In this document: in pieces, positions 25,555-36,359 of the stretch
Position numbering within the stretch: the first letter of the stretch is position 1
How the letters are laid out: every line of letters begins with the position of its first letter
Assembly: GCF_006345805.1 (NCBI RefSeq)
Contig: NC_043015.1
Location: 10,726,001 to 10,790,000, forward strand
Direction of reading: 5' to 3'
DNA: 64,000 bases
Source of the DNA: Octopus sinensis
Taxonomy: Eukaryota
The notes under the pieces: model-generated
What the model saw: only the letters and a program-made list of their open reading frames with translations
Told to the model about the DNA's origin: nothing
Databases searched by the model: none
Made by a program: the position numbers and the translations under genes

Positions 25555-25945
25555 TGAAAATGCATCAATGGCTGGGCCTCTAAAGAGGCACAAGATTATC
25601 AGGTATACATATTACATGCAAAACTATGACATATTAGGTAGTCTACCTCTTGATACAAGGCACTTTAAAGATAAAAGATATATTTAGTGTTGGAACGCTT
25701 TTGACGAGATGTCTGCTAATGGAAATTATAAACTTTCTGATGAATTCGGAAAATGTTTATTCGAGATCACAAAATTCGGATCACAAAAATCTTATAAGAG
25801 ATCATTATATAAAAACTGAATTCAATTCAAACGAATAATCACTATTTGTAGAATGTGAATAAGGAACATAATTGCCAACTCTATGATTAAATATCATAAA
25901 AAAGTACAAGACAATCGTGGTAAGAGCGTTGATTAATGAGATAGT
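25555..25945 (+). pseudogene. Degenerate reading frame of unknown family (also ~31420-31800, ~37250-37635)
   Basis: About 130 codons in one frame with three internal stops: ...LPLDTRHFKDKRYI*CWNAFDEMSANGNYKLSDEFGKCLFEITKFGSQKSYKRSLYKN*IQFKRII... Confidence 0.35.
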
Positions 25946-26330
25946 TAATGAATTAATACAATTTCCCAAACAATTTTGATTGGTTGCAGCATTATCATTA
26001 TTTTGAAAAAGCGGCAAAACTGCATGTATAACATATTTCGTTTTCAATCAGGTTATATTATTTTACATCAGATAGCATGTGTTTACATAGTCGATGCAAA
26101 TTACGCCTCCGAAATCTGTACACACACATAAACACGCGCATGTATGCACGCGCGCCAATGAAGATTGAACGTTATGAAATTAACGTCCGGTCACAGAGTG
26201 ACCAATGGTTTTCATCATCCACAAGGCCTACACATGGTAGATCAGATGTAACATTCGCGAGATGAAGCCCTTTGCGGATACAAAACCATTCATCACTCTA
26301 TGACCAGACATTAACATAATTACTATATAA

Positions 26331-26365
<35 letters not shown>

Positions 26366-26734
26366 CAACAAATGGGACAAGAACGCAAAACATCCAGACA
26401 GATGATACAAAAGACACGGACGGGCTATTCGAAGCATATATGTATATATATATATATATAATTAATTAATAAGGTGAGTGAATTAGATACTAATTTAATA
26501 GTATACCTATTCAACACCAAGTGGCCCAGTGCTCCGAGAAACCTGGATTATTATAATATTTTATAATAATATATTATATATTTATACAAAAATAAATATA
26601 AGAGAGTGGTCACTATGTGGCTCACTCTAGCACTAGTAAATCCAAAAGGTTTCAACACAAAAATACATGTTTCCCATGAAAGTCAGTACGATTGTTAGCT
26701 CACACGAACAGGGCAAATAAAAAATAACAAAATA

Positions 26735-26829
26735 CAGATTATTTTGGGACAATTGTTTCGCTATTAATGAATTAAATGTAATTTTACTCACAAATAACTC
26801 ACTTGTAGCTCCTCGGCCAAAACTATCTG
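26735..26829 (-). ncRNA. Type I hammerhead motif, family 1 (core CCGAGGA, U4C)
   Basis: Same fold as the other copies, with one core substitution. Confidence 0.6.
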
Positions 26830-27302
26830 GATGAAATCCATTCAATCGCACGCCAGGTTTTACCATAACGATAAATACGTGTGGTTCAATCGATTACATC
26901 CGCCGTTATGATTCAAATGCCCCTACCAACAGCGCGCCAAACTTTCACGGAAACAAATACTACATTTAGAAATAAATGTAGCATAATTATAATTAATTAA
27001 TAAGGGTGAGAGAATTAGATACTAATTTAATAGTATACCTATTCAACACCAAGTCGCCCAGTACTCCGAGAAACCAGGATTATTATAATATTTTATAATA
27101 TATTATAATATTTACAAAATAAATATAATATTAATTAATTATAATTATGCTACATTTATTTCTAAATGTAGTATTTGTTTCCGTGAAAGTTCGGCGCTCT
27201 TTTGGTAGGGGCATTTGAATTATACGTCGGATGTAATCAATTGAACCACACGTGTATTTATCGTTATGGTAAAATCTGGCGTGTGATTGAGTGGATTTCA
27301 TC

Positions 27303-27397
27303 CAGATAGTTTTGGCTGAGGAGCTACAAGTGAGTTTTTTGTGAGTAAAATTACATTTAATTCATTAATAGCGAAACAATTGTCCCAAAATAATCTG
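27303..27397 (+). ncRNA. Type I hammerhead ribozyme, family 1
   Basis: [uuuugg] CUGAGGA [gcua..uagc] GAAA C-AAUU-G UC [ccaaaa]; predicted cut after C27384. Confidence 0.8.
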
Positions 27398-27834
27398 TAT
27401 TTTTGTTATTTTTTAGTTGCCCTGTTCGTGTGAGCTAACAATCGTACTGACTTTCATGGGAAACATGTATTTTTGTGGTTGAAACCTTTTGGATTTACTA
27501 GTGCTAGAGTGAGCCACATAGTGACCACTCTCTTATATTTATTTTTGTATAAAATATTATAATATATTATAAAATATTATAATAATCCAGGTTCCTCGGA
27601 GCACTGGGCCACTTGGTGTTGAATAGTATACTATTAAATTAGTATCTAATTCTCTCACCCTTATAATTAATTATAATTATGCTACATTTATTCTAAATGT
27701 AGTATTTGTTTCCGTGAAAGTTTGCCGCTCTGTTGGTAGGGGCATTTGAATTATAACGTCGGATGTAATCAATTGAACCACACGTGTATTTATCGTTATG
27801 GTAAAATCTGGCGTGTGATTGAGTGGATTTCATC

Positions 27835-27928
27835 CAGATAGTTTTGGCTGAGGAGCTACAAGTGAGTTTTTTGTGAGTAAAATACATTTAATTCATTAAT
27901 AGCGAAACAATTGTCCCAAAATAATCTT
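27835..27928 (+). ncRNA. Type I hammerhead ribozyme, family 1
   Basis: Same motif; predicted cut after C27915. Confidence 0.8.
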
Positions 27929-28066
27929 TATTTTTGTTATTTTTTATTTGCCCTCTTCGTGTGAGCTAACAATCGTACTGACTTTCATGGGAAACATGTA
28001 TTTTTGTGGTTGAAACCTTTTGGATTTACTAGTGCTAGAGTGAGCCACATAGTGACCACTCTCTTA

Positions 28067-28136
<70 letters not shown>

Positions 28137-28175
28137 TACAAACATATATATAATCATGTTAATGTCTGGTCATAT

Positions 28176-28218
<43 letters not shown>

Positions 28219-28221
28219 ATA

Positions 28222-28266
<45 letters not shown>

Positions 28267-29572
28267 ATGGATGTGTGATTGTAATTGAGACTCACTTCAA
28301 TGAGGTACTTACGTTGAAGCCCCATGTCAGTCCGGTATTATCAGCACAGCTCGAAGTAAAGTGAATAAAATCAAAATAAGCTACAGGATACAAAGTATTG
28401 CTACAGTAAGACCGTTTCAAGCGGCTCAATTTAATTGAACAATGCAATCATTACATCAATTCAAATACAGAACTATCATCGGCTGCAAAATAAATAGAAT
28501 TTTAATCAGTTGCACACATTAATATAATGTTTCTCAAATTCTTTAACGGAGCAAGAAGATGGAAGAAATCCATTTTGTCGCTATTGTAACGAGGAGTAGA
28601 CATGTCATGAAGCCCACTGGAATCATAGCTTTTAAAGGATTTTGTTTCATTTCTAATTTATTTGACTTTGTATCAACTGCTAAGTCTAAAGGTAGAGTAT
28701 TGTTTGTTTGGAATGAAGGGCAAGAGTGAGTTGACAGCTCATGCCATAGTGTGATCATAAATATTGCCAGGGCATTAGTAATTTGTGTATAAAGTAACTG
28801 TCTATAAAAGAAGGTTGGGTAAAGGAAGACCCTAAATCATGATATTAATAACCACTTAAAGGGGCAAGACACTAATAAATCTTATGATGGTAATACAGAC
28901 GAAATTTTATCATGAGATACTGTGGGTGATTGTTTATAAACAATATTGTTATGTTGTATAAAAATAAAATAAAATTTAAGATTATCAACAATGATATTAT
29001 AGCCAAAATAGGTAAAATGTGTGTGTATATCAATTTTAAACATTAAAAAGAAAATATAACATAGAATCAGTGTAATATTCATCCATGTAATTAATTATTT
29101 ACTTATTAGGTGGTTTCTATAGAGACTGTTTTGGGCATTTATTTATGGAATACTGGAAAGATAAACATGCTATCTATATATAAATTATTAACCAGGAATC
29201 AGAAAAAGATTTTTAATGAAAGATTTGTAGATACACACATATATTTATGTATGTGCACGCATGCATTTATACAGAAATATTTATACGTTTATATGAATAA
29301 CATGTAACCATCTCGCATAGACTTAAGTAACTAAAAGTATCTATTTACGAACAAGAGAATTAACAATTTATAAGGGATAACAGGTTATAACGTTTATATG
29401 GATATAGTATAACCATCTCGCATAGACCTAAGTAACTGGAAAATCTCTATTGAAGGACGGTAACAATTTATTATCAAAATAAGAAATCAAAATAAGAATT
29501 TATAGAAAATAATAAGAAATATATATAACCCACATTTAAAGAGACAGGATTTTACAATTTGAGGTAGGGAAG

Positions 29573-29684
29573 AGATAAAGTTAACCGGAATAGAGCAAAT
29601 AGATAAAGTTAACCGGAATAGAGCAAATAGATAAAGTTAACCGGAATAGAGCAAATAGATAAAGTTAACCGGAATAGAGCAAAT
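29573..29684 (+). repeat. 28-bp minisatellite (4 units; 2 units in copies 2 and 3)
   Basis: agataaagttaaccggaatagagcaaat x4. Confidence 0.95.
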
Positions 29685-29718
29685 AGAGCAAATAGAGTTA
29701 ATAGGAATAGAGCAAAAA

Positions 29719-29950
29719 GGCGGCGAGCTGGCAGAAACGTTAGCACGCCGGGCGAAATGCTTAACGGTATTTCGTCTGCCTTACGTTGTGAGTTCAATTT
29801 TTCCGCCGAGGTCGACTTTGCCTTTCATCCTTTCGGGGTCGATAAATTAAGTACCAGTTACGCACTGGGGTCGATGTAATCGACTTAATACCTATGTCTG
29901 TCCTTGTTTGTCCGCTCTGTGTTTAGCCCCTTGTGGGTAATAAAGAAATA
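29719..29950 (+). mobile_element. SINE family M (also 35546-35778, 41377-41608)
   Basis: Full copy; aataggaatagagcaaa flanks both sides in copies 2 and 3 (TSD-like). Confidence 0.88.
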
Positions 29951-30304
29951 GGAATAGTGAAAATACAACAAAATGATCCTTTAAGAGAATCAAACAACCG
30001 GAATGATTGCTGATCGTTCCAAACAGGGAAGCCAACCAGGAAGAACGACAAAACTGAGAACCACAAAAAGAAAACGTCACCATTATTTTAACGAATCAAA
30101 AATCAGATCCACTCGCGAAAAAAATTATAAATACAGCGGATTCCAAAACACACCGTTACAAGCGAAAGGTCCTACACACGACGGAAAGAGAAATTGTAAA
30201 CCAAATCCCTTTCTTTGCTATCTTCTTTTCTCCTTGTTTTTTTCCCTCTTAACTCAGTATGAGTGAAACTTTGATGATATTCATTTCTAGTCGATCACTT
30301 CTAA

Positions 30305-30343
<39 letters not shown>

Positions 30344-30344
<1 letters not shown>

Positions 30345-30653
30345 CGGAGATGTACTCGCATAGCAAGTGATTTGATCTGAGATCGTGTGCTGGAACGAAA
30401 ACAATTGCAGCGTGGAAGGTGTTTGTAAGCCATTTAAGAAACACACAAAAGCCGTTCGATTCACTTCAACACTTAAGTTTAATTTGTCAAAATATTTTCG
30501 TCGGTAAAATGCGCGACCTGTTCACTAACAAAAATCCGTGCCTACCGGGAGTTTCTGTTCTTTCACGAATGTCACACATATTTAGATTACAATCCGGAAA
30601 ATATTTATGTAACCCAAACTTTTCTCCAGCTGGAGGTAATCTGTTTAATATTA
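30344..30653 (-). mobile_element. pLTR-like element, family 2, fragment at the triplication junction (also 36171-36480)
   Basis: Homologous to 42501-42808 and 43878-43990; contains a hammerhead motif. Confidence 0.7.
30483..30532 (-). ncRNA. Variant hammerhead, family 2 (G3-C8 core)
   Basis: [uuuguua] GUGAACA G [gucg..cgac] GAAA AUAU UU [ugacaaa]. Confidence 0.65.
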
Positions 30654-32046
30654 CGGGCGTTGTGTGTGTTTATTTAGCGAAAACACCTAAAGCTCCACGT
30701 GGTTCCGACAGGGTGGTGGTGGCGACCCTTGTTGTACTCTTTCGCCCCAAATTTCTCTCACTCTTTCTTCCTGCGACGGACTGGCGTCCCGTCCAGCGGG
30801 GGAAACGCATATGCCGAAGAAACCGGGAAACCGGGCCCATGAGCCTGGCTAGGCTTGAAAAGGGCGCATAAATAAATAAATAACATTTAGGAACCAGCGA
30901 AACGATGGTAGGTGTCTCACTAGTCATTTTTCTATGTCTATACTAAAAGTAAATTTTTCCTTGCTGTATGAGGAGTGTGATTCGAGCGTCAGAGTGATAA
31001 AACGGGAAGGCGGCGAGCTGGTAGAAATGTTAACACGCCGGGCGAAATGCTTAGCGGTATTTCGTCTGCCGCTACGTTCTGAGTTCACATTCCGCCGAGG
31101 TCGACTTTGCCTTTCATCTTTTCGGAGTCGATTAAATAAGTACCAATTACACACTGGGGTCGATATAATCGACTTAAACCGTTTGTCTGTCCTTGTTTGT
31201 CCTCCATGTGTTTATCCCCTTGTGGGTAGTAAAGAAATAGATATTTCGTATGCCGTTACGTTCTGAGTTCAAATTCTACCGCGGTCGACTTTGCCATTCA
31301 TCCTTTCGAACGAGTTATGCACTGGGGTCGATGTAACTGACTTAATCCCTTTGTCTGTCCTTGTTTGTCCCTTCTATGTTTAGCCCCTTGTGGCAATAAA
31401 GAAATAAGAATGATAAAAAGTGAAAATGCATCAATGGCTGGGCCTCTAAAGAGGCACACGATTATCAGTATACATATTACATGCAAAACTATGACATATT
31501 AGGTAGTCTACCTCTTGATACAAGGCACTTTAAAGATAAAGATATATTTAGTGTTGGAACGCTTTTGACGAGATGTCTGCTAATGGAAATTATAATCTTT
31601 CTGATGAATTCGGAAAATGTTTATTCGAGATCACAAAATTCGGATCACAGAAATCTTATAAGAGATCATTATATAAAAACTGAATTCAATTCAAACGAAT
31701 AATCACTATTTGTAGAATGTGAATAAGGAACATAATTGCCAACTCTATGATTAAATATCATAAAAAAGTACAAGACAATCGTGGCAAGAGCGTTGATTAA
31801 TGAGATAGTTAATGAATTAATACAATTTCCCAAACAATTTTGATTGGTTGCAGCATTATCATTATTTTGAAAAAGCGGGAAAACTGCATGTATAACATAT
31901 TTCGTTTTCAATCAGGTTATATTATTTTACATCAGATAGCATGTGTTTACATAGTCGATGCAAATTACGCCTCCGAGAAATCTGTACACACACATAAACA
32001 CGCGCATGTATGCACGCGCGCCAATGAAGAGTTAAACGTTATGAAA

Positions 32047-32180
32047 TTAACGTCCGGTCACAGAGTGACCAATGGTTTCGCATCCACAAAGGCCTACACC
32101 TGGTAGATCAGATGTCACATTCGCGAGATGAAGCCCTTTGCGGATACAAAACCATTCATCACTATATGACCAGACATTAA
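32047..32180 (-). other. 46-bp imperfect hairpin with G-U bias on the minus strand (also 26180-26314, 37880-38013)
   Basis: Arms 32047-32092 and 32135-32180: 37 Watson-Crick, 7 G-U, 2 mismatches. Confidence 0.7.
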
Positions 32181-32186
32181 CATAAT

Positions 32187-32229
<43 letters not shown>

Positions 32230-32600
32230 AAATGGGACAAGAACGCAAAACATCCAGACAGATGATACAAAAGACACGGACGGGCCATTCGAAGCATATA
32301 TGTATATATATATATATATATATAATTAATTAATAAGGGTGAGTGAATTAGATACTAATTTAATAGTATACCTATTCAACACCAAGTGGCCCAGTGCTCC
32401 GAGAAACCTGGATTATTATAATATTTTACAATATATTATAATATTTTATACAAAAATAAATATAAGAGAGTGGTCACTATGTGGCTCACTCTAGCACTAG
32501 TAAATCCAAAAGGTTTCAACCACAAAAATACATGTTTCCCATGAAAGTCAGTACGATTGTTAGCTCACACGAACAGGGCAAATAAAAAATAATAAAAATA

Positions 32601-32695
32601 CAGATTATTTTGGGACAATTGTTTCGCTATTAATGAATTAAATGTAATTTTACTCACAAAAAACTCACTTGTAGCTCCTCAGCCAAAACTATCTG
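32601..32695 (-). ncRNA. Type I hammerhead ribozyme, family 1
   Basis: Canonical CUGAGGA/GAAA core with stems I-III. Confidence 0.8.
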
Positions 32696-33175
32696 GATGA
32701 AATCCACTCAATCACACGCCAGATTTTACCATAACGATAAATACACGTGTGGTTCAATTGATTACATCCGACGTTATAATTCAAATGCCCCTACCAACAG
32801 AGCGCCAAACTTTCACGGAAACAAATACTACATTTAGAAATAAATGTAGCATAATTATAATTAATTAATAAGGGTGAGAGAATTAGATACTAATTTAATA
32901 GTATACCTATTCAACACCAAGTCGCCCAGTACTCCGAGAAACCAGGATTATTATAATATTTTATAATATATTATAATATTTAATACAAAAATAAATATAA
33001 TATTAATTAATTATAATTATGCTACATTTATTTCTAAATGTAGTATTTGTTTCCGTGAAAGTTCGGCGCTCTTTTGGTAGGGGCATTTGAATTATAACGT
33101 CGGATGTAATCAATTGAACCACACGTGTATTTATCGTTATGGTAAAATCTGGCGTGTGATTGAGTGGATTTCATC

Positions 33176-33270
33176 CAGATAGTTTTGGCTGAGGAGCTAC
33201 GAGTGAGTTTTTTGTGAGTAAAATTACATTTAATTCATTAATAGCGAAACAATTGTCCCAAAATAATCTG
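33176..33270 (+). ncRNA. Type I hammerhead ribozyme, family 1
   Basis: Stem I 33183-33188/33258-33263 extended by cagau/aucug; predicted cut after C33257. Confidence 0.82.
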
Positions 33271-33710
33271 TATTTTTGTTATTTTTTATTTGCCCTGTTC
33301 GTGTGAGCTAACAATCGTACTGACTTTCATGGGAAACATGTATTTTTGTGGTTGAAACCTTTTGGATTTACTAGTGCTAGAGTGAGCCACATAGTGACCA
33401 CTCTCTTATATTTATTTTTGTATAAAATATTATAATATATTATAAAATATTATAATAATCCAGGTTCCTCGGAGCACTGGGCCACTTGGTGTTGAATAGG
33501 TATACTATTAAATTAGTATCTAATTCTCTCACCCTTATTAATTAATTATAATTATGCTACATTTATTTCTAAATGTAGTATTTGTTTCCGTGAAAGTTTG
33601 CCGCTCTGTTGGTAGGGGCATTTGAATTATAACGTCGGATGTAATCAATTGAACCACACGTGTATTTATCGTTATGGTAAAATCTGGCGTGTGATTGAGT
33701 GGATTTCATC

Positions 33711-33806
33711 CAGATAGTTTTGGCTGAGGAGCTACAAGTGAGTTTTTTTGTGAGTAAAATTACATTTAATTCATTAATAGCGAAACAATTGTCCCAAAAT
33801 AATCTG
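33711..33806 (+). ncRNA. Type I hammerhead ribozyme, family 1
   Basis: Same motif; predicted cut after C33793. Confidence 0.82.
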
Positions 33807-33944
33807 TATTTTTGTTATTTTTTATTTGCCCTGTTCGTGTGAGCTAACAATCGTACTGACTTTCATGGGAAACATGTATTTTTGTGGTTGAAACCTTTTG
33901 GATTTACTAGTGCTAGAGTGAGCCACATAGTGACCACTCTCTTA

Positions 33945-33991
<47 letters not shown>

Positions 33992-34036
33992 TATACAAAC
34001 ATATATATAATCATGTTAATGTCTGGTCATATATAA

Positions 34037-34158
<122 letters not shown>

Positions 34159-36309
34159 ATATATGCATGTATATGGATGTGTGATTGTAATTGAGACTCA
34201 CTTCAATGAGGTACTTACGTTGAAGCCCCATGTCAGTCCGGTATTATCAGCACAGCTCGAAGTAAAGTGAATAAAATCAAAATAAGCTACAGGATACAAA
34301 GTATTGCTACAGTAAGACCGTTTCAAGCGGCTCAATTTAATTGAACAATGCAATCATTACAATAATTCAAATACAGAACTATCATCGGCTGCAAAATAAA
34401 TAGAATTTTAATCAGTTGCACACATTGATATAATGTTTCTCAAATTCTTTAACGGAGCAAGAAGATGGAAGAAATCCATTTTGTCGCTATTGTAACGAGG
34501 AGTAGACATGTCATGAAGCCCACTGGAATCATAGCTTTTAAAGGATTTTGTTTCATTTCTAATTTATTTGACTTTGTATCAACTGCTAAGTCTAAAGGTA
34601 GAGGATTGTTTGTTTGGAATGAAGGGCAAGAGTGAGTTGACAGCTCATGCCATAGTGTGATCATAAATATTGTCAGGGCATTAGTAATTTGTGTATAAAG
34701 TAACTGTCTATAAAAGAAGGTTGGGTAAAGGAAGACCCTAAATCATGATATTAATAACCACTTAAAGGGGCAAGACACTAATAAATCTTATGATGGTAAT
34801 ACAGACGAAATTTTATCATGAGATACTGTGGGTGATTGTTTATAAACAATATTGTTATGTTGTATAAAAATAAAATAAAATTTAAGATTATCAACAATGA
34901 TATCATAACCAAAATAGGTAAAATGTGTGTGTATATCAATTTTAAACATTAAAAATAAAATATAACATAGAATCAGTGTAATATTCATCCATGTAATTAA
35001 TTATTTACTTATTAGGTGGTTTCTATAGAGACTGTTTAGGGAATTTATTTATGGAATACTGGAAAGATAAACATGCTATCTATATATAAATTATTAACCA
35101 GGAATCAGAAAAAGATTTTTAAAGAAAGATTTGTAGATACACACATATATTTATGTATGTGCACACATGCATTTATAAAGAAATATTTATACGTTTATAT
35201 GAATAACATGTAACCATCTCGCATAGAATTAAGTAACTAAAAAGTAACACTTTATAAGGGATAACATGTTATAACGTTTATATGGATATAGTATAACCAT
35301 CTCGCATAGACCTAAGTAACTGAAAAATCTCTATTTAAGGACGGTAACAATTTATTATCAAAATAAGAAATCAAAATAAGAATTTATAGAAAATAATAAG
35401 AAATATATATAACCACATTTAAAGAGACAGGATTTTACAATTTGAGGTAGGGAAGAGATAAAGTTAACCGGAATAGAGCAAATAGATAAAGTTAACCGGA
35501 ATAGAGCAAATATAGCAAATAGAGTTAATAGGAATAGAGCAAAAAGGCGGCGAGCTGGCAGAAACGTTAGCACGCCGGGCAAAATGCTTAACGGCATTTC
35601 GTCTGCGTTACGTTGTGAGTTCAATTTTTTCGGCGAGGTCGACTTTGCCTTTCATCCTTTCGGGGTCGATAAATTAAGTACCAGTTACGCACTGGGGTCG
35701 ATGTAATCGACTTAATACCTATGTCTGTCCTTGTTTGCCCGCTCTGTGTTTAGCTCCTTGTGGGTAATAAAGAAATAGGAATAGAGCAAATACAACAAAA
35801 TGATCCTTTAAGAGAATCAAACAACCGGGATGATTGCTGTTCGTTCCCAACAGGGAAGCCAACCAGGAAGAACGACAAAGCTGAGAACCACAAAAAGAAG
35901 ACGTCACCATTATTTTAACGAATCAAAAATCAGATCCACTCGCGAAAAAAATTATAAATACACCGGATTCGAAAACACACCGTTACAAGCGAAAGGTCCT
36001 ACACACGACGGAAAGAGAAATTGTAAACCAAATCCCTTTCTTTGCTATCTTCTTTTCTCCCTTGCTTTTTTCCCTCTTAACTCAGTATGAGTGAAACTTT
36101 GATGATATTCATTTCTAGTCGATCACTTCTAACACTATATATATATATATATATATAATATATATATATTACGGAGATGTACTCGCATAGCAAGTGATTT
36201 GATCTGAGATCGTGTGCTGGAACGAAAACAATTGCAGCGTGGAAGGTGTTTGTAAGCCATTTAAGAAACACACAAAAGCCGTTCGATTCACTTCAACACT
36301 TAAGTTTAA

Positions 36310-36359
36310 TTTGTCAAAATATTTTCGTCGGTAAAATGCGCGACCTGTTCACTAACAAA
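36310..36359 (-). ncRNA. Variant hammerhead, family 2 (G3-C8 core)
   Basis: Identical to 30483-30532. Confidence 0.65.

Larger units (their letters stand above)
26458..28075. repeat. Hammerhead-bearing ~535-nt repeat array, copy 1 (forward, partial forward, reverse, partial reverse)
   Basis: Direct and inverted copies of the taagggtgagagaattagatac...aaatgtagc unit. Confidence 0.92.
32322..33953. repeat. Hammerhead-bearing ~535-nt repeat array, copy 2
   Basis: Arms 32322-32870 and 33001-33553 are inverted around a 130-bp spacer; a further tandem reverse copy follows. Confidence 0.93.

Noticed and set aside
25733-25765. CTGATGA attcg GAAA
   Set aside because: No stem II or stem I pairing; coincidental within the degenerate reading frame
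26458-28075. CRISPR-like or mitochondrial control-region interpretation of the array
   Set aside because: Units are long and near-identical with no unique spacers; no mitochondrial genes or tRNAs nearby
30419-30871. 150-aa ORF spanning the triplication junction
   Set aside because: Chimera of pLTR and SINE sequence; the frame is not kept in the next copy (36246-36683)
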